DNA of 64,000 bases from an uncultured virus (IMG/VR IMGVR_UViG_3300030330_004305) (taxonomy: Duplodnaviria > Heunggongvirae > Uroviricota > Caudoviricetes). Where the stretch lies: the IMG/VR virus record IMGVR_UViG_3300030330_004305, one strand, 5' to 3'. The position numbers were made by a program, and so were the translations under genes. Under the pieces are notes generated by a model. It worked only from the letters and a program-made list of their open reading frames with translations. It ran no database searches and had not been told where the DNA came from. This document shows, piece after piece, positions 26,919 to 36,435 of the stretch. The number at the start of each line of letters is the position of its first letter. Within the stretch, counting starts at the first letter, position 1.

Positions 26919-27185
26919 ATGAGCCATAGTAATTATGATCATAGACATTACGTGATAATTTCAGTTAGTGATTTAGGTTTGATAGACTTTGATCAGGTTT
27001 TAGAAACGTCTATTTCAACTGTACGCAAAAGCGTAGATGAGACATTGACATTTGTAAAATATGAAGGTGACATGCCTTCAAGTGTAGCCGCCTGCACTAC
27101 CAAGAGTCAAGAGTATTCTCATAGTGAGATTCTGGCGATTCTTAATGCTAATGATGGAGTTTGGTGGGTAGAGGAGTCGGAGTAA
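26919..27185 (+). CDS. conserved small phage protein
   Basis: IDFDQVLETS..TVRKSVD..TFVKYEG.MP, typical of aquatic myoviruses. Confidence 0.65.
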   Translation: MSHSNYDHRHYVIISVSDLGLIDFDQVLETSISTVRKSVDETLTFVKYEGDMPSSVAACTTKSQEYSHSEILAILNANDGVWWVEESE

Positions 27186-27985
27186 TGGGATTAGCACATT
27201 CTCCCTCAATTTCTCAAGATGGCCTTTTGTTTGCTTTAGATGCAGCCAATCCTCGCTGTTATTCAGGGGCCGGTACATCTGCGAATGATCTGTTGTTGTT
27301 CGGACCACTTCCTGTAAATCAGCCTGTTAAGCTTAGGCCAAATAGTGTTACTACAGATAACAATCAACCTCAAGATCCAGTTGCTGGAACTTTAACAAAT
27401 GGGGTAGGATTTACGAGCGAGAATGGTGGTGCATTTACATTTGATGGCACTGATGACTATATTGAGTTTAGATCAGAGACACTCAATCCGGGCTTTCCCA
27501 CTAGCATGTTGTGCTGGTTTAAGATTGATCAAAATACATCAGGACAAGGTGTGTTCTCATTGCGTTGGCACGGCAGTAGATATTATGGATTCTTTGTTAA
27601 TGTCAATGCTTCAGCAAAATTGTCCATGCACATTGGTGATGGAGGTAGTGCTGGCTCCGGTGCTAGAAGAACTGGCTCTCGTGACACCACACTGGATACC
27701 GATAGATGGTATCACGGGGCTTTTGTTTGGAACGCTTTGGTTGAAGACATGTTAATGTACATTGATGGTGAACTCCAAAGTATAACTTATAGCGGAACAG
27801 GAGATAAGTTGTTTTATGGGGCAGGATCAACTGCTACCGATCCGGAAACATGGTGGCAAAGAGTAGGTGTGCTTAATGCCAAGTATTTAGATGGTGCTGT
27901 GGCACAGCTTCTTTTTTACGGAAGAGTATTAACAGAAAAAGAAATATTAAATCATTATGAAGCTACCAAGAAGAGGTTTATCTGA
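27185..27985 (+). CDS. LamG/concanavalin-A-like domain protein (virion accessory)
   Basis: GLLFALDAANPRCYSG, FTFDGTDDYI, WYHGAFVW, MYIDG, LTEKEILNHYEA. Confidence 0.8.
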   Translation: MGLAHSPSISQDGLLFALDAANPRCYSGAGTSANDLLLFGPLPVNQPVKLRPNSVTTDNNQPQDPVAGTLTNGVGFTSENGGAFTFDGTDDYIEFRSETLNPGFPTSMLCWFKIDQNTSGQGVFSLRWHGSRYYGFFVNVNASAKLSMHIGDGGSAGSGARRTGSRDTTLDTDRWYHGAFVWNALVEDMLMYIDGELQSITYSGTGDKLFYGAGSTATDPETWWQRVGVLNAKYLDGAVAQLLFYGRVLTEKEILNHYEATKKRFI

Positions 27986-28674
27986 TGGGGACTAGTTATA
28001 ATCCTTCCATAATAACTGACGGGCTGGTACTCTGCTTGGATGCTGCTAATAAAAGAAGTTATCCGGGTGCGGGTACTGTGTGGACTGACTTGAAGGAAAG
28101 TAATAATGGAACGCTAACCAATGGTCCCACTTTCAGTTCTGATAATGGTGGAAGTATAGTTTTTGATGGAACTGATGATTATGTAGACTTGGGTAGTAGT
28201 CTTTCTATAAGTACATCTTCTCCCTTTTCTGTAGAATTTTGGAGTAACTTGAGTTCATACGCTGGTTATTATCCTACTATTTTACAATTAAAAACCAATA
28301 CAAGTCAGGGATGGAATATATCGTTTAGTCAACAAAGTAATTATAACGGTATAGTATTTGGTTCTGCAAGTACTTGGAGTAGAATAAAAACTGATAATCC
28401 TCCATCTGTAAATGTCTGGAATCATGTATGCGTTACTTATGATACATCTAATTATTTTATTTATTTGAATCTTGCCCTGCAAAATCAGTCTTCTGCTGGG
28501 AATTTTCAAGTCACTACTCAAAATAATTATATCGGAAGTGCTAATGCTGCTTCAAGGGGTGCAATGGATACTTGGGATGGTTATATATCTAATGTTAAAG
28601 TTTACAATAAGTTACTTACATTTGAACAAATAAGACAAAACTACAACGCAACAAGAGGGAGGTATCAACTATGA
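27985..28674 (+). CDS. LamG/concanavalin-A-like domain protein
   Basis: GLVLCLDAANKRSYPG, FDGTDDYV, WNHVCVTYD, QIRQNYNA. Confidence 0.82.
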   Translation: MGTSYNPSIITDGLVLCLDAANKRSYPGAGTVWTDLKESNNGTLTNGPTFSSDNGGSIVFDGTDDYVDLGSSLSISTSSPFSVEFWSNLSSYAGYYPTILQLKTNTSQGWNISFSQQSNYNGIVFGSASTWSRIKTDNPPSVNVWNHVCVTYDTSNYFIYLNLALQNQSSAGNFQVTTQNNYIGSANAASRGAMDTWDGYISNVKVYNKLLTFEQIRQNYNATRGRYQL

Positions 28675-29903
28675 AAAGAAGAGATTTTATAAAGTTAGGA
28701 GTAGGTACATATGCATTCGGAAATGTTACAGCGACTATCGCAGACGATAAGCAGACTGACGATCCAGCAGTATTGTTCCTTTTTCTTGGTGGTGGGGCTA
28801 GTCATATTGAGACTTTTAATCCTATACCTCTTGCTCCTGCTGACAGGAGATCTGTAACTGGCGATATAAAAACAAATGTTGCTGGAATAGAATTGGGTGG
28901 CCTTTTTAAAGAGCTTTCAAAACGCACAAATAAAATAGTTATACCTAGAGCTTTTGGTCACAGAGATCAAAATCACGCATCTGCCGTTCATTGGGTTGTA
29001 ACTGGAGAAGCAAATTTTGGTGCTGGAACAAGTTCTAAATGGCCTAGCTATGGATCTATGATGAGCAAACATCATGGTGTAAATACAGACGATGGACTTC
29101 CTACATATGTAAAACTAGGAAAGTATGATCATAATGGTGCAGCTTGGTTAGGCGGTAAATATACTGGGTTCGATGCAACCAAAGAGGGTAGAAAAGACCT
29201 ACAACTGATGCGTAAAAGTGAAGATTTTAAAACAAGAATTAATGTTTTAAATGTCATAGACAATAGTTTTAAAGCAAAAGATCAACAATTAGCTAAGGAC
29301 TGGAGAGATTTACGTAATCAATCAGTAGATATTATTCTTGGAAATGGATCAAAGGCATTCAGGGTAGAAGAAGATAAAGATTACAATAAATTTAAAGAAG
29401 CTACGCTTGGACAAGATGCACTTACTGCAATTAGATTGCTAGAAGCTGGCTCTAAATTTGTATCATTAAGCTATGGAGGCTGGGATATGCACCAAAATAT
29501 TGGCCAGTCACTCCAGACAAAACAAGCAGAGTTAGACCATTACTTAGCAAAAATAATGGATACTTTAGAATCAAGAGGTCTATATGAAAGAGTTATGCTA
29601 ATTGTAACATCTGAATTTGGAAGAACCCCCAAAGTAAACCAAAATCAAGGTCGTGATCATTTTGGCAAACTAGCACCCCTCATGATTAGTTGTGGATCAT
29701 ATGAAATGGGAAGAACGATTGGATCGTCAAGTCCAAATGCAGACGATGTTGAAGATGGTCGCTGCACTCCAGAAGATTTAGCTTGGACTATATACGATCA
29801 TCTTAATATGAATAGAACATCTAGATATACAGCTACAGATGGTAGACCCCACAATATAGTGAAAGATGATGCTAAGAATATATTGAAAGATATTCAAGCA
29901 TAA
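28671..29903 (+). CDS. DUF1501 family protein with Tat signal
   Basis: MKRRDFIK; FLFLGGGASHIETF, GWDMH, SEFGRTP, GRDH. Confidence 0.88.
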   Translation: MKRRDFIKLGVGTYAFGNVTATIADDKQTDDPAVLFLFLGGGASHIETFNPIPLAPADRRSVTGDIKTNVAGIELGGLFKELSKRTNKIVIPRAFGHRDQNHASAVHWVVTGEANFGAGTSSKWPSYGSMMSKHHGVNTDDGLPTYVKLGKYDHNGAAWLGGKYTGFDATKEGRKDLQLMRKSEDFKTRINVLNVIDNSFKAKDQQLAKDWRDLRNQSVDIILGNGSKAFRVEEDKDYNKFKEATLGQDALTAIRLLEAGSKFVSLSYGGWDMHQNIGQSLQTKQAELDHYLAKIMDTLESRGLYERVMLIVTSEFGRTPKVNQNQGRDHFGKLAPLMISCGSYEMGRTIGSSSPNADDVEDGRCTPEDLAWTIYDHLNMNRTSRYTATDGRPHNIVKDDAKNILKDIQA

Positions 29904-29961
29904 TTGATACTTGCAAGCATTGTGCAAGCAAGCCTTATATTATCTTAAAGGAGGTTTTAAA

Positions 29962-30118
29962 ATGCCATTATTTAACGGACGTTTAGCTCAGTTCATCAGA
30001 AAGCACAAATTGATTAGACGAACCGCATTCTTTGGCGGCTTGGCAGTCGGTGTATACTTTATTGGTGTTGNNNNNNNNNNCTGCTGGTTGGTGGCCAAAT
30101 GTATTAGCTGGAGGCTAA
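29962..30118 (+). CDS. small membrane protein interrupted by scaffold gap
   Basis: AAGGAGG RBS; MPLFNGRLAQ...GV[gap]AGWWPNVLAGG*; hairpin plus T run follows. Confidence 0.55.
30071..30080. other. assembly gap (10 N)
   Basis: run of n. Confidence 1.
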
Positions 30119-30200
30119 TGATCACGGGGAGATGGATTCTCCCCATTTTTTTAATAGTTGTATTAGCTTAATTAGCTTTGTCAACTAGAATGGGGTTGAA

Positions 30201-30764
30201 ATGCTTGTGATAAAAATATTTATGTGTGTTATACTGGCAGACTTTATAACTGGCTTAGTACACTGGATAGAAGATACATATGGCGTACCTGACTGGCCTT
30301 TTGGGTTAGGAAAGAATGTAGTAGAACCTAATATTATTCATCATCAACATCCTAATTGGATGATAACAATGAGTAATGCAATACAAAGAAACTACATTAC
30401 AGCTATCCCAGCATCCATAGCAATTTTTATTGCTTACTATTTTTATGGATGGTCATGTTGGCCTTTTGCAACAACAATTTTAATCGCTGGTTTTCTAGGC
30501 AATGAAATTCATGGTTGGAATCATACGCCTATCTCAAAACTCAACTGGTTTATAAAATTTTTGCAAGATACTGCTATAGTACAAACTAGACATCAACATG
30601 CACTTCATCATAAAAAGCCATACAATAAATATTATTGTACAATAACAAATTTAACAAATCCAGTGCTAGAGCTTATCTATTTTTGGAGAACACTTGAATT
30701 TTTACTATTAAAAATATTTGGATTAAAAACAAAAAGATGTACGGAGGTTAGGAACGGTTATTAA
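30201..30764 (+). CDS. CarF/TMEM189(PEDS1)/FAD4-like membrane lipid desaturase
   Basis: ADFITGLVHWIEDTYG, HHQHP, NEIHGWNH, HQHALHH, YCTITNLTNPVL. Confidence 0.85.
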   Translation: MLVIKIFMCVILADFITGLVHWIEDTYGVPDWPFGLGKNVVEPNIIHHQHPNWMITMSNAIQRNYITAIPASIAIFIAYYFYGWSCWPFATTILIAGFLGNEIHGWNHTPISKLNWFIKFLQDTAIVQTRHQHALHHKKPYNKYYCTITNLTNPVLELIYFWRTLEFLLLKIFGLKTKRCTEVRNGY

Positions 30765-30790
30765 ACACTAAAACACGAAAGGGGTTTAAG

Positions 30791-31282
30791 ATGTCGTTAA
30801 TTATCAGACTAATTATTTTGGGAGTTGTCATAATGGGTTGTTGTGGAGGTTCATGTCATGGTGACAGAAATCTAGATGAATATATTTCACTTTCTGGAAA
30901 ATCTGCATTATTGTCAAAACAAGAGGACGATAGTGAAGATAAGGAAGTAAAATATAAAGAGGGGGACGTAATTGTTATGCAGTTTAGTGCTGTATGGTGT
31001 GGTCCCTGTAGAGCGTTAAAAGCATCAATTAAATCAGATGCAGAAATACAAAATTATTTTAAAAAAGAAACTAAGGGTTATTTTATAGTAGATGTTGATG
31101 ATAAGGACAAAACATCTGCTGCTTGGGTAAAAAAAGCAAAACCTAGTTCCATACCTCTTGTTGTTTTATATAAAAGAGAAAAAGATTCATGGAATGAAGT
31201 TAGCAGATTTACTGGATCAAAACCACCAAGTGCAGTACTAAAATGGCTTAAAGAAAAGAACAAGAAGTCACCAGTAAAATAG
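30791..31282 (+). CDS. exported thioredoxin-like protein
   Basis: N-terminal hydrophobic segment; FSAVWCGPCR, SIP. Confidence 0.85.
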   Translation: MSLIIRLIILGVVIMGCCGGSCHGDRNLDEYISLSGKSALLSKQEDDSEDKEVKYKEGDVIVMQFSAVWCGPCRALKASIKSDAEIQNYFKKETKGYFIVDVDDKDKTSAAWVKKAKPSSIPLVVLYKREKDSWNEVSRFTGSKPPSAVLKWLKEKNKKSPVK

Positions 31283-31319
31283 TTTTATTGGTTTTTATAT
31301 TTTTTACAAGGAGAAATAA

Positions 31320-31583
31320 ATGAAGTATGTAGTTGGATTTTGCTTGGCCGTTTCTATCATGTTCGGCTCTTCTAATGCAAATGCACACGATGCGTGTCAA
31401 CCCGTTAGAGACTTTGCCAATGCTACCGTTTGTGCATCAGCACAGATTATTAAAAATACAGTATGTATGCCAGTCAATGTATTTAAAAAGTTTAAAGCAG
31501 AAAAGCCTTTGCGTTCAGCATTCGCTAAAAAGCCTGCTCGTTCAAGACTAGCTAAGTTTACAAAACGGTCTTGTTGCGAATAG
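31320..31583 (+). CDS. small secreted Cys-containing protein
   Basis: AAGGAG RBS; signal peptide ending ANA. Confidence 0.65.
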   Translation: MKYVVGFCLAVSIMFGSSNANAHDACQPVRDFANATVCASAQIIKNTVCMPVNVFKKFKAEKPLRSAFAKKPARSRLAKFTKRSCCE

Positions 31584-31587
31584 TTAT

Positions 31588-31779
31588 ATGAGATGTTCAG
31601 AATGTGATGAAGAAATAAGTTGTGAAGAAAGCTTTAGATGTAGAATATGTTTTCTTTGGTTTTGTAAAAGCTGTTCTTTAAAACATTTTGGACTAAAAGA
31701 AAAGGATGGTAAAATCTACCACAAGAGTATTATTAAAAGCTTTTGGTGGATTTTGCAAAAAAGATTTTTCGGTAAATGA
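31588..31779 (+). CDS. small Zn-finger protein
   Basis: CSEC...CRIC...CKSC..KH. Confidence 0.6.
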   Translation: MRCSECDEEISCEESFRCRICFLWFCKSCSLKHFGLKEKDGKIYHKSIIKSFWWILQKRFFGK

Positions 31780-32090
31780 AATATTCAAGGAAGAGATTTA
31801 TGATTAAAACACTAAGCTTAATGTTTTGTTTGGTACTTCCCACGCTAGATAACTCTATATGGGGAGATGCTATAACAGACCAAGAAAAATGCCAAGCGGA
31901 AGCAGACTATATGATTAAGTATCATAAAAACTGTCATGTTGGTCCGTGTATCGGAAGATTTGAAGGTATGGGGTATAGTGTTAATGGAAAAATTCCAAAC
32001 ACCTGTGTGCCAAATCGTAAAATGAAACTTACAGGCGATGCTACTGCCAGAGATGGCAATAGAGTAGCTAGAGTAAGAAGCTGGAGGTAA
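31776..32090 (+). CDS. small secreted protein
   Basis: Signal-like segment; HVG..IGRFEGMG...TCVP. Confidence 0.6.
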   Translation: MKYSRKRFMIKTLSLMFCLVLPTLDNSIWGDAITDQEKCQAEADYMIKYHKNCHVGPCIGRFEGMGYSVNGKIPNTCVPNRKMKLTGDATARDGNRVARVRSWR

Positions 32091-32091
32091 A

Positions 32092-32337
32092 GCATGTATA
32101 AAGATTATTATTGATGTTGTAGGAGACTGCGGGGCAGTACCGCACACCTCCACTTGCCAAACTAAGGGGGTGAAATAGATTCGATCCACAATATGATGTA
32201 GTATATCTCATGCACTGGTTGATAGAAGGGCCAGTATAAAAATCTATCAAACTTTTAATTGCAGATGAAAATCTTGCTTTGGCAGCGTAAGCTGTCTGGG
32301 GTTTGCCAGTACCTTATTATCCAAACTGGCATTTTTT
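32092..32337 (+). ncRNA. ssrA: circularly permuted (two-piece) tmRNA
   Basis: T arm TGCGG-GGCAGTA-CCGCA and CACCTCC-A (32128-32152) precede GGGGGTG-AAATAGATTCGA (32166 onward); G3-U70 pair; pk1 ACTGG/CCAGT and TTGATAGA/TCTATCAA; tag GCA GAT GAA AAT CTT GCT TTG GCA GCG TAA = ADENLALAA* at 32261-32290; terminator hairpin 32304-32337. Confidence 0.92.
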
Positions 32338-32361
32338 ATGCAATATATATGGTTTTAAAAT

Positions 32362-32598
32362 ATGTTAAAAAAAATATTATATTTATGTTTAATAATTTTT
32401 ACATTTACAATAGTTATTTGCATCATGCCACGCACCCATAAGTGTCTTCATTGCAACCAAACGTGTTTTTCAGAACCAAATATAGCCTTTTGGATTTCAG
32501 GAGACCCAAGTTGTATTCATGACCATTGCTTAAAAGAATGGGATGGATTTGATTGGAGAATTCCTATGGAATGGCCCCACGGGATTTACATAGAATGA
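32362..32598 (+). CDS. small membrane-anchored Cys/His protein
   Basis: N-terminal TM; CLHC...CIHDHC. Confidence 0.5.
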   Translation: MLKKILYLCLIIFTFTIVICIMPRTHKCLHCNQTCFSEPNIAFWISGDPSCIHDHCLKEWDGFDWRIPMEWPHGIYIE

Positions 32599-32780
32599 AA
32601 CATTTAAAAGAAACCGGCATGAGCTACTTTCAGCACATGTTACATGCACTTTATATAGGGGCTTTTTTAGTTATAGCTGGATTTTGCTGCATAACACATT
32701 CGTTTGCACCGTTTATATTTAAAAACACAGCATCTAAAATTATCACACACCTTAATGATGATGTAATCAAAAAAACTTAA
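32595..32780 (+). CDS. DUF6356-like small membrane protein
   Basis: HLKETGMSYFQHM..AL...HSFAPFIF..TAS. Confidence 0.7.
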   Translation: MKHLKETGMSYFQHMLHALYIGAFLVIAGFCCITHSFAPFIFKNTASKIITHLNDDVIKKT

Positions 32781-32929
32781 TATACATACTTTTGCCAAAC
32801 CTTTTTTAGTTTGCAAGAGTATAATTGCCATAGAGTAGTATCTATGGCTTTTTATTTGGAGTAAAATCATGTTAATAGAACTTGGAATAGCTTTATTTTT
32901 TTCATCTTATTTTTTAGAGGATCAATCAG

Positions 32930-34018
32930 TTGAAGAAGATTAATTTGAATGTCCCCATAAATTCTTTAGGATATGGAGTTGTGGGGTATAATGTATGGAA
33001 AGAATTGAATGGCTTAAATGATAAGCTTGATGTAACACTCTGGCCAATACCAGACGTTCAAAATATAGTTCCTCCTGTAGAATTGAGTGAAGAAGAAACA
33101 TATCAGCTACGAATTGATATTAATAAACAATCGAACTTACAACACGATGCAACATGTCTAAAAATATGGCATGAAAACCAACTAGAATATAGGGTTGGTA
33201 AAGGAAAGTTTATTGCTTGGCCTTTCTTTGAGGTAAACAAACTAGACAACAGAAGGTTGACACATCTTAAATCAGCAGATGAAATTATTGTATCGTCCGA
33301 GTGGGCTAAAGATATCCTATATAATGTGCCCGATTGGACATCACCGGCTGTTCATGTGGTAGAATGTGGTGTTGACAGAGAAATATTTAATGAAACAGGC
33401 TCTTTAAACAATACAGAAAAATGTATATTTTTTAATTGTGGAAAATGGGAAGTAAGAAAAGGGCATGATGTTTTACACAAAGCATTCAAGGACGCTTTTT
33501 CTTCAAATGAAAATGTAGAACTTTGGATGATGACCCATAATCCATTTTTAAACGAACAAGAGAAAGCTTATTGGGAGTCTCTTTATGAAGACAGCAGAAT
33601 CAAAAATATTCAAAGGGTTCAATATCAGCATCAGCTTTCTGAGATAATGAAACAAACTTATTGTGGTGTTTTTCCGGCAAAATCAGAAGGCTGGAATCTT
33701 GAAGCACTTGAGATGATGGCTTGTGGCAAACAAGTTATAATAACAGATTATTCAGCACATACTCAGTTTTGCAATGTACAAAATTCTAAATTGATAGATA
33801 TAACAGAAGAGGAGCCTGCTTATGATGCAAAATGGTTCACCGGGGATAATGGAACTTGGGCATCCTTAGAAGGAAGCTCATATGAACAGCTTGTTCAACA
33901 TCTAAGAGATGTTTACGAGCAATGGAAAACAAAACCAGAAATAAATCAATCTGGAATTGAAACTAGTAAAAATTTAACTTGGCAAAAAACTGCCGAAAAG
34001 CTATTAGAAATTATTTGA
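32930..34018 (+). CDS. GT4-like glycosyltransferase
   Basis: CGKWEVRKGHD, SEGWNLEALEMMACG, TWQKTAEKL. Confidence 0.88.
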   Translation: MKKINLNVPINSLGYGVVGYNVWKELNGLNDKLDVTLWPIPDVQNIVPPVELSEEETYQLRIDINKQSNLQHDATCLKIWHENQLEYRVGKGKFIAWPFFEVNKLDNRRLTHLKSADEIIVSSEWAKDILYNVPDWTSPAVHVVECGVDREIFNETGSLNNTEKCIFFNCGKWEVRKGHDVLHKAFKDAFSSNENVELWMMTHNPFLNEQEKAYWESLYEDSRIKNIQRVQYQHQLSEIMKQTYCGVFPAKSEGWNLEALEMMACGKQVIITDYSAHTQFCNVQNSKLIDITEEEPAYDAKWFTGDNGTWASLEGSSYEQLVQHLRDVYEQWKTKPEINQSGIETSKNLTWQKTAEKLLEII

Positions 34019-34027
34019 GGTAATTGT

Positions 34028-34585
34028 ATGAGTCACAAAGATCATGAGTCTAGAATGAATATGCTTGTAAACCATCAGAGAGCATCTACACTTTTAAATA
34101 AACTTAAAGATATTGAATCTGTACATATAGATGGTATAAAAGTTAGAGTAAAAATTGTAGATCAAGATGCCAAAATCCCCACAAAAGCAAATCAATTTGA
34201 TGCGGGTTGGGATTTATATTCTACGCACGATTGTACAATACAGGCTGGTCAAAGAAAAACAATTAAAACTGGTGTGTCTTTACAAATTCCAGAAGGATGG
34301 GTTGGGCTAATTTGGCCAAGATCTGGTTTGTCTGTTAAAAATGGTGCAGACATTCTAGCAGGAGTTATTGACTCTGGATATCGTGGAGAAGTCTTGGTCT
34401 GCTTACATAATACTAATCATGGAATACCTCTTTTGTCAGATGATAATTTAAATATTCAAATTAAAAAAGGAGATAGAATTGCACAAATACTATTTCAGCA
34501 AGTGCCAGAAGTTAGTATGGTCGAGGTAGACGATCTTTCATCAAGTGAACGTGGAGATAAGGGGTTTGGCAGTAGTGGCAAATAG
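34028..34585 (+). CDS. dut: trimeric dUTPase
   Basis: AGWDL, PRSGL, GVIDSGYRGE, RIAQI, RGDKGFGSSG. Confidence 0.96.
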   Translation: MSHKDHESRMNMLVNHQRASTLLNKLKDIESVHIDGIKVRVKIVDQDAKIPTKANQFDAGWDLYSTHDCTIQAGQRKTIKTGVSLQIPEGWVGLIWPRSGLSVKNGADILAGVIDSGYRGEVLVCLHNTNHGIPLLSDDNLNIQIKKGDRIAQILFQQVPEVSMVEVDDLSSSERGDKGFGSSGK

Positions 34586-35189
34586 ATTTGATTATAGAGA
34601 CAGTAACACTTTTAAAAAAGATATAAAATTTTCTACAATGTTAGAAAAATACTTTTTTCATGAGTGGCTAGATAGAGTAGAAAGCAGAGATTTGCTTGAT
34701 GTTTCATCTTGGGACAATAATGGGTGTGATAATAATGGAGAATTTATAGCTAAAGGAAATACAGCCGGTGCAGACTATAAAATTTCTGGATCAATAAAGG
34801 GTCAAGGTTTAGATGCTAAACTTGTAGATGAACCTCTAGAAATAAAATGGGTTCCTACTTCTGGTAAATTTACACTAAAACAGAATGACTTGAAGGCTTA
34901 TGTAAAAGAGTCTGCAAGTATATTGTTTATTTACAATTCAGTTAAATGTGGAACTAATATGAAAAAACCAAAAGATTATGATCTTGAGAAACATATTAAG
35001 CTAATTGAATCTAAAAAAGATCAAATCAAATGGGGAATCATGTGGTCGCCAAGAGTAAAAAAATTGTATAACCATTCGGTTCAAAATAATCTGTTTAAAC
35101 CAATATACTATATGGGTGGAAAACAAGCCATTGTATTAAAACAATCAGATTTTAGCAAATGGTTTACTTCTTACGATTGGGAGGAATGA
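34575..35189 (+). CDS. putative PD-(D/E)xK nuclease-fold protein
   Basis: GADY...LEIK pattern; probable GTG start. Confidence 0.45.
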   Translation: MANRFDYRDSNTFKKDIKFSTMLEKYFFHEWLDRVESRDLLDVSSWDNNGCDNNGEFIAKGNTAGADYKISGSIKGQGLDAKLVDEPLEIKWVPTSGKFTLKQNDLKAYVKESASILFIYNSVKCGTNMKKPKDYDLEKHIKLIESKKDQIKWGIMWSPRVKKLYNHSVQNNLFKPIYYMGGKQAIVLKQSDFSKWFTSYDWEE

Positions 35190-35190
35190 T

Positions 35191-36261
35191 ATGAAAATAG
35201 TTGATGAAACTAAATTAGATTTTGACGATATACTATTAGTTCCAGCGAGGTCGCCTGCTGCTAGTAGAAAAGAAGTTGAATTAAAGAGAACATTTAAATT
35301 CTTTCATTCCACAAAAGAATGGACAGGGCTTCCGATTATGGCTGCAAACATGGACACTACTGGAAGTTTCAAAATGGGGACCGCACTAAACAAGCACGAT
35401 GCAGTAACGTGTTTGCACAAACATTATGATGCAGAAACAATAGACGAGTATTTTGCCTACTACAATATTGAAAGAAATGTTTGGATCAGTGTAGGCATGG
35501 GTGATCATGAACTTGATAGGTTGTTAAAAATAAAATCATTGATTCATCACTCACCTAATATTTGTATTGATATTGCAAACGGTTACACTGAAAAATTTGT
35601 TGAATGGTGTTCTAAGATTAGACATTATTTTAATGATTCAATTATAATGGCTGGTAATGTTTGTACTCCTGAAATGGTACAAGAACTAATCCTTCATGGT
35701 GGAGTAGATATAGTAAAAATCGGAATTGGTCCGGGAAGTGCTTGTACAACTCGACTTAAAACAGGTGTCGGGTATCCACAGTTATCGGCTATTATTGAAT
35801 GTAGTCATGCTGCTCATGGTCTTAAAAATGGCGAACGCAGAATGGGTCTAATTTGTGCTGACGGTGGATGTAGAATACCTGCTGATGTATGTAAGGCTTT
35901 CGCGGCTAATGCTGACTTTGTGATGCTGGGCGGTATGCTGGCGGGAACACACGAGTGTGAGGGTGATTGGGAATATGAAATTGACGATGATGGAGAATAC
36001 CAAAAATCACACTTGAGTTTTTATGGAATGTCATCAGAAAAAGCTCAAAAAAAATATAATGGTGGAATGAGTTCTTATGCATCTAGTGAGGGTAGAATTA
36101 AAATCATACCATATAAAGGTTTCGCAGACTCTGTTATGAATGATATTGAAGGTGGATTAAGAAGTTGCTGTGCTTATGTGGGTGCGACATCATTGAAAGA
36201 TCTTCCTAAATGTGCAAAAGCAGTAAAAGTAAATAGAGTTCATTTTGATGGTAGCGTTTAA
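35191..36261 (+). CDS. guaC: GMP reductase
   Basis: [60 protein letters not shown]. Confidence 0.93.
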   Translation: MKIVDETKLDFDDILLVPARSPAASRKEVELKRTFKFFHSTKEWTGLPIMAANMDTTGSFKMGTALNKHDAVTCLHKHYDAETIDEYFAYYNIERNVWISVGMGDHELDRLLKIKSLIHHSPNICIDIANGYTEKFVEWCSKIRHYFNDSIIMAGNVCTPEMVQELILHGGVDIVKIGIGPGSACTTRLKTGVGYPQLSAIIECSHAAHGLKNGERRMGLICADGGCRIPADVCKAFAANADFVMLGGMLAGTHECEGDWEYEIDDDGEYQKSHLSFYGMSSEKAQKKYNGGMSSYASSEGRIKIIPYKGFADSVMNDIEGGLRSCCAYVGATSLKDLPKCAKAVKVNRVHFDGSV

Positions 36262-36435
36262 ATGAAGTTACAATTATTGATAAACTTTTTGCCTGTGATA
36301 GTATTTTTCCTATACGCGATTGTAGGAATTTGCTATATATTAAAAAAAGATTATGCTTGGGCTTTAGTGTGGATTTCTTATGCCTTGGCTAACATTGGAC
36401 TTATATGGGTAGGAATGAGAGGAGAAACCTTTTGA
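36262..36435 (+). CDS. 57-aa two-TM membrane protein (not in ORF track)
   Basis: MKLQLLINFLPVIVFFLYAIVG...WISYALANIGL. Confidence 0.65.
   Translation: MKLQLLINFLPVIVFFLYAIVGICYILKKDYAWALVWISYALANIGLIWVGMRGETF

Noticed and set aside
29911..30171. 86-aa ORF in the track
   Set aside because: It reads through a placeholder N gap of unknown true length. A start at 29962 and stop at 30118 before a hairpin fit better.
31845..32441. ORFs overlapping the tmRNA locus
   Set aside because: The region is explained by the permuted tmRNA structure and tag frame.
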